Made by a program: the position numbers and the translations under genes. A stretch of DNA of 61,531 nt, counting the filler, from Sphacelaria rigidula (Eukaryota): assembly GCA_964200075.2 (NCBI GenBank). It is 6 parts of 6 records of this genome, joined end to end, with 100 filler letters (N's around TTAATTAATTAA, not from the genome) between each part and the next. Parts side by side here need not be neighbours in the genome. Positions count along the whole stretch, not along the records: positions 1 to 10,174 come from CAXNAA020006989.1; 5 more parts are not named here. One strand, written 5' to 3'. The notes below the pieces were generated by a model that did no database searches, was not told the DNA's origin, and was given only the letters and a program-made list of their open reading frames with translations. Below are positions 1 through 10,274 of the stretch, in pieces; positions within the stretch are counted from its first letter, which is position 1, and each line of letters opens with the position of its first letter.

Positions 1-42
1 GGTCAATGGTCAAACGACTAAGGCAAGCAACAAATGAGTACG
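1..42 (+). mobile_element. 3' terminus of a non-LTR retrotransposon (family 'LINE-C'), cut by the contig start
   Basis: GGTCAATGGTCAAACGACTAAGGCAAGCAACAAATGAGTACG reads VNGQTTKASNK* and matches the end of the ORF2 remnant at 50614-51261. It is followed by C12. Confidence 0.85.
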
Positions 43-70
43 CCCCCCCCCCCCTATCGTAGGATGACTC
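43..70. mobile_element. Right TIR of a Sola-like MITE (same family as 8007-8252)
   Basis: C12-TATCGTAGGATGACTC matches the TIR sequence at 8227-8252 and the reverse complement of 8007-8030. Confidence 0.8.
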
Positions 71-2577
71 TCCAGCGCCAGGTTACACGTGCTCAGACTA
101 CCAAGTCCGCGGCTCAACGCACTCTACAGGAAGGCCGCATTGCTTCGTTGGCGGCTCAGCGGCGCGTTAAGGACCTCGAAGATCATGTCCGCTGAACTGC
201 CCATGACGCGGCCACGTCGGTGGCCCGCCTCTCAAACCATCCGGCCTCTCCGCCGTCCATCGGCAACACGCCCGGTGATCCCTCTCGCCGCCAGCCAACG
301 ACCAACACGTCTACTTACGTCATCCCACGTAAGACGGACAACACGTCGTATGCTGCGGCCGCTGCCGTCCCCACGACGGCCCCGACACGCCCGCCTCGTG
401 CACCTTGCTCGGTGGCCGATGCCCGCCTGACGCCAGATCTGCAACTGGTGCCTCACGAACGAGTGTGACTTTCTCGTTCCACGGTCGATCTACCGGCCCC
501 TTCCATAGAACCAACCACCTCCACTGCTCCCGCGAGGCCTGGAACCTAATTTCACAACGCATGCTCTACGCTACTAGTCTTTACGTGGAGCAGGGAGGCT
601 TCTTCCGCGACGAAGGCGTATCAGCACTCACCTTGGGCCAACTGGTCCTCCAAAGGACTACCGGCGATCACTCGGATCACCAGCGTTACGTCCGCTCTGT
701 AACCGATCTTTTTGCGGCGCTACGCGCCGCTTACAACCCTGATCCCGGCGCCACCATCGCCGATGATGACCAAGATGAAGATGGGTGGGCTCCTGCAAGT
801 GCGAACTGCAGGGGACATAAGAAGAACCACCGACGGGATGACGACGACAACGATGGAGGAGGCTCACGCCTCCGCCATGGTGGTGGAAGATCCTCTTCGG
901 GCGGCTCCGGACCGAACCGCCCGGCTCGCAACCCCCGCGGCCCGCCTCACAAGAAAATCGGCGGTAACTCTTCGGGATCTTCCGCGACAGGCTGGAACCG
1001 GTCTGGTACAGACCTGCCCCCCTCGGGTCCGGCGACACCAAGGCAAGTGATCACTAAATTGGCTGATGTTTCCGCCCGCATTTAAGGTTTATCTGATACG
1101 GACACACCTGACCGTCCATTGTCTTCTACTGCAGCCCGCGCATTAGCAACCGCTGCGGCTGACAAAGAACGTTCCGAAGCTAGTAAAAAAGCAGATTCCG
1201 ATAGAGCCGAGTCTGCCCGAGTAGCTGCAATACAGAGATAGTATATTCAGATGGATGTGAAAAAGCTCTGGCACATTAAAACCATGCCTGCTGCGGATAA
1301 CGAAGATTCGGGCCAGTTTACTTCTGCCCTCATCACGTCCATTCATCGCACTGTTTGTAACATCCTTTACTTGGCGGATGCAACTGGCACCCAACGTTTC
1401 GAAAATTCCGAATGGGTGGAGGGCTGGAAGCCTCCCTTGCATAAAGCATTGCATCGATCCATCAGCTGCTTGTTTGAAACAGATCCTCGACGGCTTCCTC
1501 GCCGAAATGGATCCGGATCGTGCCAAGTGGAAGACGGGCCCGGTATTGCTCTTTGATTTGAAGGGGCGTTTGATTGTCTATTTTGACAAAGGTGACCAAG
1601 CCAGCGCCATCCACAGGCTGCGTTTTTTTGCTGTCGCATCGGATGTCCTCTTCGCGTATTATATCCGCGAATTTAAGCTTTTCGTTTGTTGTACTACGGG
1701 TATCGGACGTCAAAACGGACCGAGCGATGCAACGTGTCAGAATTACGTTCGCAATAGCGATGCTCAACAGTATCCGGCTCTGATGCCGTCGTTGTTTCCG
1801 GATGTCTTGGCGCATCGCGAGGTGCCTTACGCCTCTGTTGATACTGTGTGATCTATTTTTGTACACCAAGAGGGTAATCTAACGCCCGCCATACGTGGCA
1901 AACCTTCTACGTCTGTGCATTCACAACCCACAGTTGTGTCCTCCGCTCATGCCCAAGGGGCTCGCGGCAGGAATTCGAACTCATCTCGCGCTTCATGAAC
2001 CCCCGATTCGGTCACCGGTTCAGTTATGCATGTTCAGAGTACCAGCGATGCATTGAGCGCGAGTGTTGATGGTTGCCCGTTTTCCGAGGAAACTTGGGAT
2101 GATGTTTATTTTACTTCAACAACGGCATTCATTACAGATGACCCCCATTTGTGGAACCCACTTCTTTCGTCTTTCGCTAGACGCAATGCCTTCAGCAGTC
2201 ATGCCAACAGTTACATCAACTGTAGTGTTCAAGGCCACAGTATGCGCGACTGCGACAGTCCATGCATCAATGCCTTTGATCTCATGAACCCTGAATTGCA
2301 GGACAATGAAAACGCGTGGCGCCGATGGCAAAAACGCATGCGCGACTATCGCCCACCTACTCGAAATTACCGTAATAATTCAAACCAACGTTTCAACAAA
2401 AGCTCTAATCGCGGTCGCCGACAAAACAATAATCACGCAAGCACTCGCCAGAACGATCAAAATTCTCGCGACAACAAGCGTTCCGCTGATAGACACCAGC
2501 GGACGGGACCGACACAAAGCTCGAATCCCAACACCAGAAACCCTGGTACCTTCACTACGGATCGCCTAGATCCATGA
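71..2577 (+). pseudogene. gag: Frameshifted gag-like region
   Basis: Broken ORFs 405-1085, 1251-1851 and 2026-2577 lie upstream of pol. A degenerate Cx2Cx4Hx4C knuckle (Y/C)INCSVQGHSMRDC sits at 2212-2253, followed by an R/N-rich basic tail. Confidence 0.6.
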
Positions 2578-2636
2578 CTGCCGACGCCGGCGTTCTTCGG
2601 TCTTCCACGCCGCTGACAGCACGAGCGAAGATCTCC

Positions 2637-2868
2637 TCAACACAGCCCGCGGAGTTCGTGACTAAGATTGCTCACCCGACTCCCCCGGCACTATGCAGGA
2701 GCGTAACTGACGGCCGTTCAAATCGACCCCCGTCTCCAACCTCCACACATTTTTCAACACAGCCCGCAGAGCCCGCGACTAAGATCGTTCGCCCGGCTCC
2801 CCCGGCACTATGTAGGAGCGCAACTGACGGCTGTTCATATCGACCCCCGTCTTCACCCCTCCAACACC
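2637..2868 (+). repeat. Tandem duplication with a 117-bp (39-codon) period
   Basis: TCAACACAGCCCGC...ATCGACCCCCGTCT begins at both 2637 and 2754. Confidence 0.9.
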
Positions 2869-3540
2869 GCGTAACAGTTGTGTCACCCCGCGACTCAGAC
2901 CTACACCCGGCTTTGAACTTGATCCTTCAGTGCCAAGTATAAGTCTGAGGTGTGGGAAGACCAACCGCCAGTCCCTGAGGCAAAGGCTTCCCTCAGCGAT
3001 CGCACGCACAGGTAGTAGCAAGCCTTTTTCAGCTGACCCAAGTGTTGCTTATTTGAACTTGACCACATCGGATCATGTAATTCCCAATCAGTTGGATCGA
3101 GCTCCTTCCCCGCGATTTTTAACACGCACGGACCTACCTTCGGCCGGTTCTGATAACACCCGTCCTAACATATCTTCGGCTATGACCCAACAGACAAGCT
3201 TGCCAACGGAAAGCAGCCCACAAGTTTCGCTCCGTCATGCCCCGATGCTGACCCCATCCACGCAACTGGACGCAGTTGTGGTTTCATCCCAAAATGTTTT
3301 GGAAGTTCCCCGACCTTTGTCACAGCGAAAGAGAAAGCCCCGTAAGCATGCCCCCAAGGACGCGCGCGCACTATCACGTACACCTCTTTCGAGCGGAAAT
3401 CCTCGATCTCAATCTCTCCGAAATGCGACGACTTTGAGTTCGACGGCTCTATTAAGTATCCCGGAAGAAACAAATCAAATCATTCTGACGGCACTACCTC
3501 CTCAATCGACGACTCCAGCCCCGCACATTCTGGATCCCCC

Positions 3541-6500
3541 TTGGACGGTGATCCCTGTCAACCAAAGACGATTATTTACGAAATCGCCAATGGCCACTCT
3601 GACCGTGCCACACCTAGAAATAATATACCATCCACCCCCTTCTCTGGTGAGACATCTGACCAACCGGCGGATCACCCGCCGTGCGGTTTTGCTGTCAGCT
3701 CCGCTGATCCTGACCAATTTACCTTGCTGGAACACGGTCCGGATCTTGTCGGCGGTAAAGTGTCTGTAGATCCGGCCACTTTCACTACGCACGTTGCGAT
3801 CCATTTCGATCCAAACGTTATCACGCCTACGAAATGCGTATCCTTGTTGGACAGCGGCAGCCCGCAAACAGTTATTCGAGAATCAACATGGAGACACATG
3901 AAACAGACTGGCGCTGCTACTGCAGCTTGCGAAACCACCACCAAACCTCGAGTATGGAGCGGTTTTGGTGATTCTGCCGCACCACTGACAAGACGTAAAT
4001 CCGTACGTCTCAGTGTACAATTCTTCACAGCACCACTCGATCTGCCAGCCTGGTGGTCTGGGTATACATTTTCCCGGACAGTACAATGCATCACGCCATC
4101 TTATTGGGCAGAGATAGCTATATGCGGTTTAATAAACGCACGTACCGCACGCTTCCACCGCTAGCGCCACATTCCACGCCTCGTGGAGAATTCAACCTCG
4201 AACACTATGGTACTCTCCACGGCGCCTTAGCCTACCAGAAGAATGCTCAAGCAACCAGAGCTGCTTACCACCTACGATACAACGGTAGCGTTGGTATTAC
4301 ACTCTCCGACGACCCCCAACTTCTAGAAGTTGCACTTGTTCGCCGAAATGGCATGCCAGCACTTACGAGCCATTATCTTGCCGAAACGTTACCCCGTATT
4401 GGCGCAACAGCCGACCCAGAACATTTTGTGTCGGCGGAACAACAACTCCTCCCTCTTACGGGTCATGCTAACTTGGAACCCAGCAATGTTTTAGGAATCG
4501 CCGCTGCTCCCCTGATGCACATCCCACTCGAGACGTGCGTAACAGAGCCTGCCGCGCCAAACGCCACGTCTCCGGCGGAGTCAGTCCATTGTGTCGATGA
4601 ACCTCATTTCGACCTCGCCTCTGCGACTCCACTCCAGGTCCACACCGTGGATCCTACCCAGTCAAATTCCGATCCTCCTGCTGAAGTGCTTCAATGCTTA
4701 TCACCAGATTCTCGGAATAGTTTCTTGCACATGTGGAACCAACTGCCGCCACACATGCGCGGCATCAATTCTGACCTTCATGGGCCCGGCTGGGAACCGG
4801 CAGTCATCCAAGAACTCAGTGATGTCCGGCTACAGTACCAAGACCGATTTTCCCGATCCAAGACGGATCTTGGGCATTGCAAAATGCTGCCCTTTGAGGT
4901 TAGCCTCCAACCCGGCGTCTCGCCGATTTCTTCTCGGCCATCCCGAACAAACCCGATCCTTACCAAGAAAGTTAACGCCATCTTGGATGCGTATTTGGGA
5001 GCGGGAATAATACAACATTCCTCCTCTCCTTGGGCCTCGCCACTCGTGGTTGTCCCCAAAAAGGATGGAAACATACGCATAAACGTAACCAACGGTTTAA
5101 CCGCGTCACCGTGGCCGGTAAACCTCCAATTCCCCGCATTGATGGAGTCTTTGACTCCCTAGGCGAAGGAAAAGTATTCAGCACCTTCGACCTCGCTTCT
5201 GGATTTTTCCAGAATACTATTCACCCTGACACAGTCCCACTGACGGACCTTTGTACCTCGTCCCGGACTCTACGAGTGGCTATGAATTCCACAAGGCGCC
5301 GCGACTGCCCCGGGATGCTATCGACGCTTAATGCGATGGGTCGCCGAGGGCCTCGAGCACATCATCATGTACCTGGATGACGCTATCGCTTTTGATCCCT
5401 CACCTATTGCACATATCCGCACTCCACGAGAATGTCTCTCTCGCCTACGCACGCACGATTTGAAACTGTCCCCATCCAAAGCTCGCCTTGGTGCGACTGA
5501 CTTGGATTTCTTGGGGCATACCATTTCGCCAGCAGGCCTGCATACGGATACAAACAAAGTCAATCCGACTTATTTGCCGATACCAACTAACATTTCTCAA
5601 CTTCGCTCATTATTGGGCGGGCTATCCTACTACCGCAAAAATTTGCCGAATATAATCAAACGGATTCGCCTCCTTACTGAGGTACTCAAGAAAGGAGCCG
5701 TGTTTTCCTTCACAACCGAAATGGAGAGTATCACCCGCGAATTGCTCAAGACGCTTACCGAAAAGCCGGTACTCTGCTTTCCTGATTGAGAGCAGTACAA
5801 GATGGCTCCCGCCTTTTCCAACTCCACACTGACGCGGGCACAAACGGATTTGGAGGAGTTTTGAATCAACCTCAGGTTGATGGCTCCGTCCGACCCATCT
5901 TCTATATCAGCCACGCTACCCTGCCCAACTAGGCCAATTGGAGGCCGCTAGAACTGGAAGACGGAGTAATCACTTGGGCCATTAAGCGCCTTCGACAATA
6001 CCTATTTCACGTGCCCTTTGAGATCTACACGGATCACGGAGCACTCGAACAACTCGCCAAAGTTGGCGAACACAACCCGCGTGTACAACGATGGTTGGAG
6101 TGTCTAACAGCATATCAGTATACCATTAAGCACCGTCCAGGCAAAACCGACGGGAATGCTGATGTTTTTTCTCGCCTACCCCTGTCGCCTACGGCCGCAG
6201 GTTCCAGCCCGACTTGCCCTTTAACGGAATTTACGCGATTAAAATTTTTTCAACCCCCGTTTACGCCCTCGACCTCCAGTGCCCGGAAACCGGTATGCAT
6301 ACGGGAGGACCGCGCCCATTACCATATGACGCCGTCTTGGGTAGGTTAAAGCCCACTACCTCCGATTTTGTCGATTTCCGCACTTTCGGTACTCGCGCGA
6401 AACTCTTCGTGGAGACACCTTCAGTCACCCACCTTATCTCCGACAACACGCGCCCCCGGTCTGCCGCCCGCACCATCCCGAGTGCCCCGCCGCCACCAAC

Positions 6501-9192
6501 ATCACCTGCAAATTCTACGAGCCACCCAGCACAAGTTCCACGGACCAACACGCAACGCTCCGCGAAAACTTCTGCAACGTGCACCACGCACCGCGGACAA
6601 TCTTCGCCGCGCGCTTTTACAGCCCCGCCGCCCATAACGGCGGCGCAAACATCTACCGCTCCCGGGCACGGAACTGACGACTTAGCTCCTGCTTCCGGGA
6701 CAGATATTGACGTCGGCATTTCTGCCCCGTCGCCTTTTCCCCCGCTGTCTAACCCATCATGTTTGGTCGGCTCGCCAGCGGAAGGTCAACTACGCGAGTT
6801 TCTCGCCAGCTACTCTCACCGCGATTGGGCTCGCGAACAAAACGCAGAACCGCTATGTCGCGCAGCCATCCGGTACTTACAACTCGACTGTTCAGTCCCT
6901 TTTCCATCCACACTTCTGGCCCCGGTTGGCACACTGCCACCACCAGGTATATCTGACGTATACGAGCTCGTGCGTAAAGGCACCCTTTTTACTACGGATG
7001 AAGGTGTGCGACTACTCGATGACGAACCAACGCGCATATATGTTCTATTGTTAATGAGCCCTTGGATCATGAAAGGCTCCTACACAGACTTGTCATGTCA
7101 CCTTGGCGTCACCCGCACCATAGCGCTCTTCGAACGCTTCTACTGGTGGGTTGGCATGGAAATTTCCACCCGCTTCTGGATTTGGCGATGCTTCAAATGC
7201 CAAGCCCGAAAGACTTCACGACAGACAGTACACTGACCCGTCACCTCTATGGGACTCCCCAACGAGCCAGGCCACCTTGTGTCCTTTGGCTACTTTGGTC
7301 CTCTACCGACCACAGGTCGCGGCAACACCTACATCTTACTTTTCACTGACTGCTTCAGCTGCCACGTGTCCATGTACGCGATAACCGCCGCAGATTTTAC
7401 TGCCGCTGGAACGGCCGACATATTGCTCCACGATTACATTAAGCACTACGGCTGCCCAAAGTGACTCCTCTCAGACAATGGTCAGCAATTTTGCTCAGAT
7501 CTCTCTGATGAGCTTTACAAGCTCCTGGGCATCCGCAAAATTGCCACGAGCGCCTACCACCCGAACGGTAACGGTGGTACCGAAAGCGTTAATCACACCA
7601 TGGCCTAGATGTTCTCTATGGTTGTCAATGGCCGCCAAAATGACTGGGACCTACATCTCTCGCACATCATGTTGTCCCACAACTCGGTTAACGCCCCCAC
7701 AGGCCTTTCCCCGAACGAACTCCATCTTGGACGTTACCCTCGGCTGCCCATCACCATGTTTGAGCGCCACACGTTCGATGGCCACCAAGGATTAGATCAG
7801 GATCAGATATCCTATCACGAGCTAGCGCATGCACGACAACGCAAAGCGTTTACCCTCGTGCGCGAACAACACGCTATCAAAGCCTCGCGCCTAGAGAGAT
7901 CTAACACTGCTCTCTACAAACCCATGCACAAACGCTCTAACTGGAAAGTTGGTGATTGGGTTTGGATCTACAACAGTTGTCGACCATCCGCCAAGGCACC
8001 AGCAAGGAGTCATCCTATGATAGGGGGGGGTATTTGGTTGCACGAAAAAAAGGATGATAAGTATGTCAGATGACCTGCAACACTCGCGATGCGCTTGCAT
8101 TTGATTCAAAACGGTGTCAATCGGTATGAATGAGCGTTATGTATCTGTAACAAGCTCGTTCGAGTAACCGTTTCTGATTTCAGCGGCGATTTGTCTTGGA
8201 ATTTCGTCCAAGAAGTGGCCAAAAATCCCCCCCCCCCATCGTAGGATGACTCCAAGGCAGCTAATGAAACAATTTCGTCTTCAAAATTGTCCCTCAATTG
8301 GGCAGGACCATTCGAGATCCTGACAGTCGGACCATCGTCATCATCACCGGATGATGAACCCGTTGGTGACAAACTGCTCTATCTCGACTTGCTTCGCGAC
8401 TTCCAGGGCAAGGACACCAAACCCCGCGTCTCTGTGCACAGATGCAAACCCTGCATGAACTCGCATGATACAAGTGACATGCCCAAGTACCTGCCTGCCG
8501 GACTCACACAGTATGTTCTCAACAGCTACTCGACCAAGTCCTCGCCCTACCACGTCACAACCGACGACGTGACGGAACAGCCCGTTCGATTGACCGTGTC
8601 CACCATCTCCGGCCATCAGATAACCGGTGGTCGAGGTGGCAAAATTGCTGTCATGTATAAGGCACACTGGCACGGTCTTCGGGGAGCGTCTTGGGAACGC
8701 GAATCCGACCTTCAATTGCACCGCCGTGAAATCCTCCTGTACTGGACGCAATCCCAACATCAGCATCTTGCTCACAACAAGAAATATCGCAACATGCGTC
8801 GTGGCGCAGCAGGTCGCGAACTTCACCGCGATCAGGGACTACGCTTCGTCGCTGATGGCTACGAACTGGTATCCACCAAGACTTGTAAGACGAAGTTCTT
8901 CGCAAACCGGCGAATACTGCCCAAGGGCAGCCACCTTTGGTTCAAAGGCAGCGACAACCTCTGGTGGTTGGGTCAAACCCACGCCGCTAACCTGGTTTCG
9001 GCCGACACATACATCGTGCGCTTCATCGATGACCCTGGACTCATACAGCCCAAGCTTCGGCCAGTACTATACACCACCAGCCCATCTGCACCACGCGGAT
9101 CCGGGTGCCTCCAGCGCCTTAAGTCCAAAGGACTTCGCCGCGGTCTCCAGCATAACGTCTACCAAACCCACGACGTCCACGCCCCGCTTTGA
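3541..9192 (+). pseudogene. pol: pol polyprotein pseudogene (PR-RT-RH-IN plus C-terminal extension)
   Basis: PR: LLDSGS (DSG 3850-3858). RT: SPWASPLVVVPKKDG, FDLASGFFQ, YLDD (5370-5381). RNase H: LHTDA (~5822), IYTDH (~6022). Integrase: CHLG...CFKC zinc finger (7096-7200), SDNGQQF (7471), YHPNGNGGTE (7555), LNWAGPF. In-frame stops at 5787, 5930, 7234, 7462 and 7606, plus frameshifts. Confidence 0.93.
8007..8252. mobile_element. 246-bp MITE with GAG...CTC termini and a 4-bp TSD (Sola2-like), inserted in the integrase
   Basis: TIRs GAGTCATCCTATGATAG8 and C11ATCGTAGGATGACTC. TSD CAAG at 8003-8006 and 8253-8256. Removing the element rejoins TIRQGTSK|AANETISSSKLSLNWAGPF in one frame. Confidence 0.9.
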
Positions 9193-9439
9193 ACCACGCT
9201 CCTTCGTCGCAAATGTTGCCCCCCTCCCCCCATTTTCCCTGTAGCATTGTTTGCCCTCCGTTCTCCACCAGGACCCTCTTCTACGACATCACAACAGCGC
9301 GACCTACATCGGACGACGATCAAGAATTACTGAGACGACCACCATCTACGACTGCTAGAGCTATAGTATCCCCTTGCGGCTGGCGCTCGATCTCGTTGGA
9401 TCACGGATTTTCAGATTAATGATCTTGCAGTTTTTTGCA

Positions 9440-9603
9440 CCTTTGGATTCCCCAAGGTTGAAGCTCTGCTCCCTGTTGTACCTTCGGATTCCCCCAGGTT
9501 GAAGCTCTGCTCCCTGTTGTACCTGTGGATTTTCCCAGGTTGAAGTTCTGCTCCCTGTTGTGCCTTTGGCTTCCCCCAGGTTAGAGCTATGCTCCCTGGT
9601 GTA
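9440..9603 (+). repeat. 4 x 41-bp tandem repeat in the retroelement 3' UTR
   Basis: Unit CCTTTGGATTCCCCAAGGTTGAAGCTCTGCTCCCTGTTGTA at 9440, 9481, 9522 and 9563, head-to-tail with no spacers. Confidence 0.95.
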
Positions 9604-9774
9604 CCTCCCTGTTTTCCCCCTTGATTTTGCTAGGACGCCGAAGCCGTTTGTGCTTCTTCGTTGATCGCTAGCACGCAGAAGCAGCTTGTGCTTACGCGTT
9701 TGAGAGCAGTTTTTTCTGCTCCTCGAAGCAGTCTATGCTTCCCTTCTTTTGAGGTGTGGGAGTAGGTACAGGAG

Positions 9775-9977
9775 TGTTGGAAAGGAAGTGTTTCCTTAGA
9801 ACGCTCTTCAGCTCGGTACGGGAGTGTTTCCTTACGTATGCTTTATTAGCCCCTCATGACTTTACGAGTAAAGAAAAACCTTAGTTTTCACTGCATTGAG
9901 GATAAATCCTCGCAGCTGTAATAAAGGTTCGTCTGGGTGGATTAGCGACATGAAGACGCACATTAAGCCTGTTGCCA
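9775..9977 (+). repeat. Putative 3' LTR
   Basis: A TG...CA segment of ~200 bp follows a purine-rich tract (GAGGTGTGGGAGTAGGTACAGGAG, 9751-9774) and contains AATAAA near 9920. There is no second LTR to confirm it. Confidence 0.4.
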
Positions 9978-10174
9978 TGCCGCTTCAGACCCGTTGTCGA
10001 GTCTGGCTATTTGCTTTCTGGTATTCCGGTACACACGTGGACGGATAGCACCCTGTGGAGGGGTCTACAGGATTTACGTACCCTGCGCAGTGTTTCTGGC
10101 GGGAATTTTACTGTACAGTGTTTTCCAGCGTAGCACAGGACGCTCCACACGGTTTCCCTACAGTGGTCATGAAT

Positions 10175-10274
10175 NNNNNNNNNNNNNNNNNNNNNNNNNN
10201 NNNNNNNNNNNNNNNNNNTTAATTAATTAANNNNNNNNNNNNNNNNNNNNNNNNNNNNNNNNNNNNNNNNNNNN
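10175..10274. other. Artificial contig spacer
   Basis: N44-TTAATTAATTAA-N44, with stops in all six frames. Confidence 0.99.

Larger units (their letters stand above)
71..9977 (+). mobile_element. Decayed Ty3/Gypsy LTR retrotransposon; 5' LTR not in the contig
   Basis: Domain order is gag knuckle, PR, RT, RNase H, integrase (Gypsy order). There are many frameshifts and stops, one MITE insertion and a putative 3' LTR. Confidence 0.92.

Noticed and set aside
2575-2580. TGA-CTG readthrough signal after the gag ORF of the contig-1 element
   Set aside because: Another in-frame stop follows about 12 codons later, and the copy is too decayed to infer an expression mechanism.
9440-9603. Possible CRISPR array (41-bp repeats)
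   Set aside because: The units are contiguous with no unique spacers, there are no cas genes, and the array lies inside a eukaryotic retrotransposon.
10219-10230. TTAATTAATTAA palindrome recurring every ~10.27 kb
   Set aside because: It is an assembly linker embedded in N-runs, not biological periodicity.
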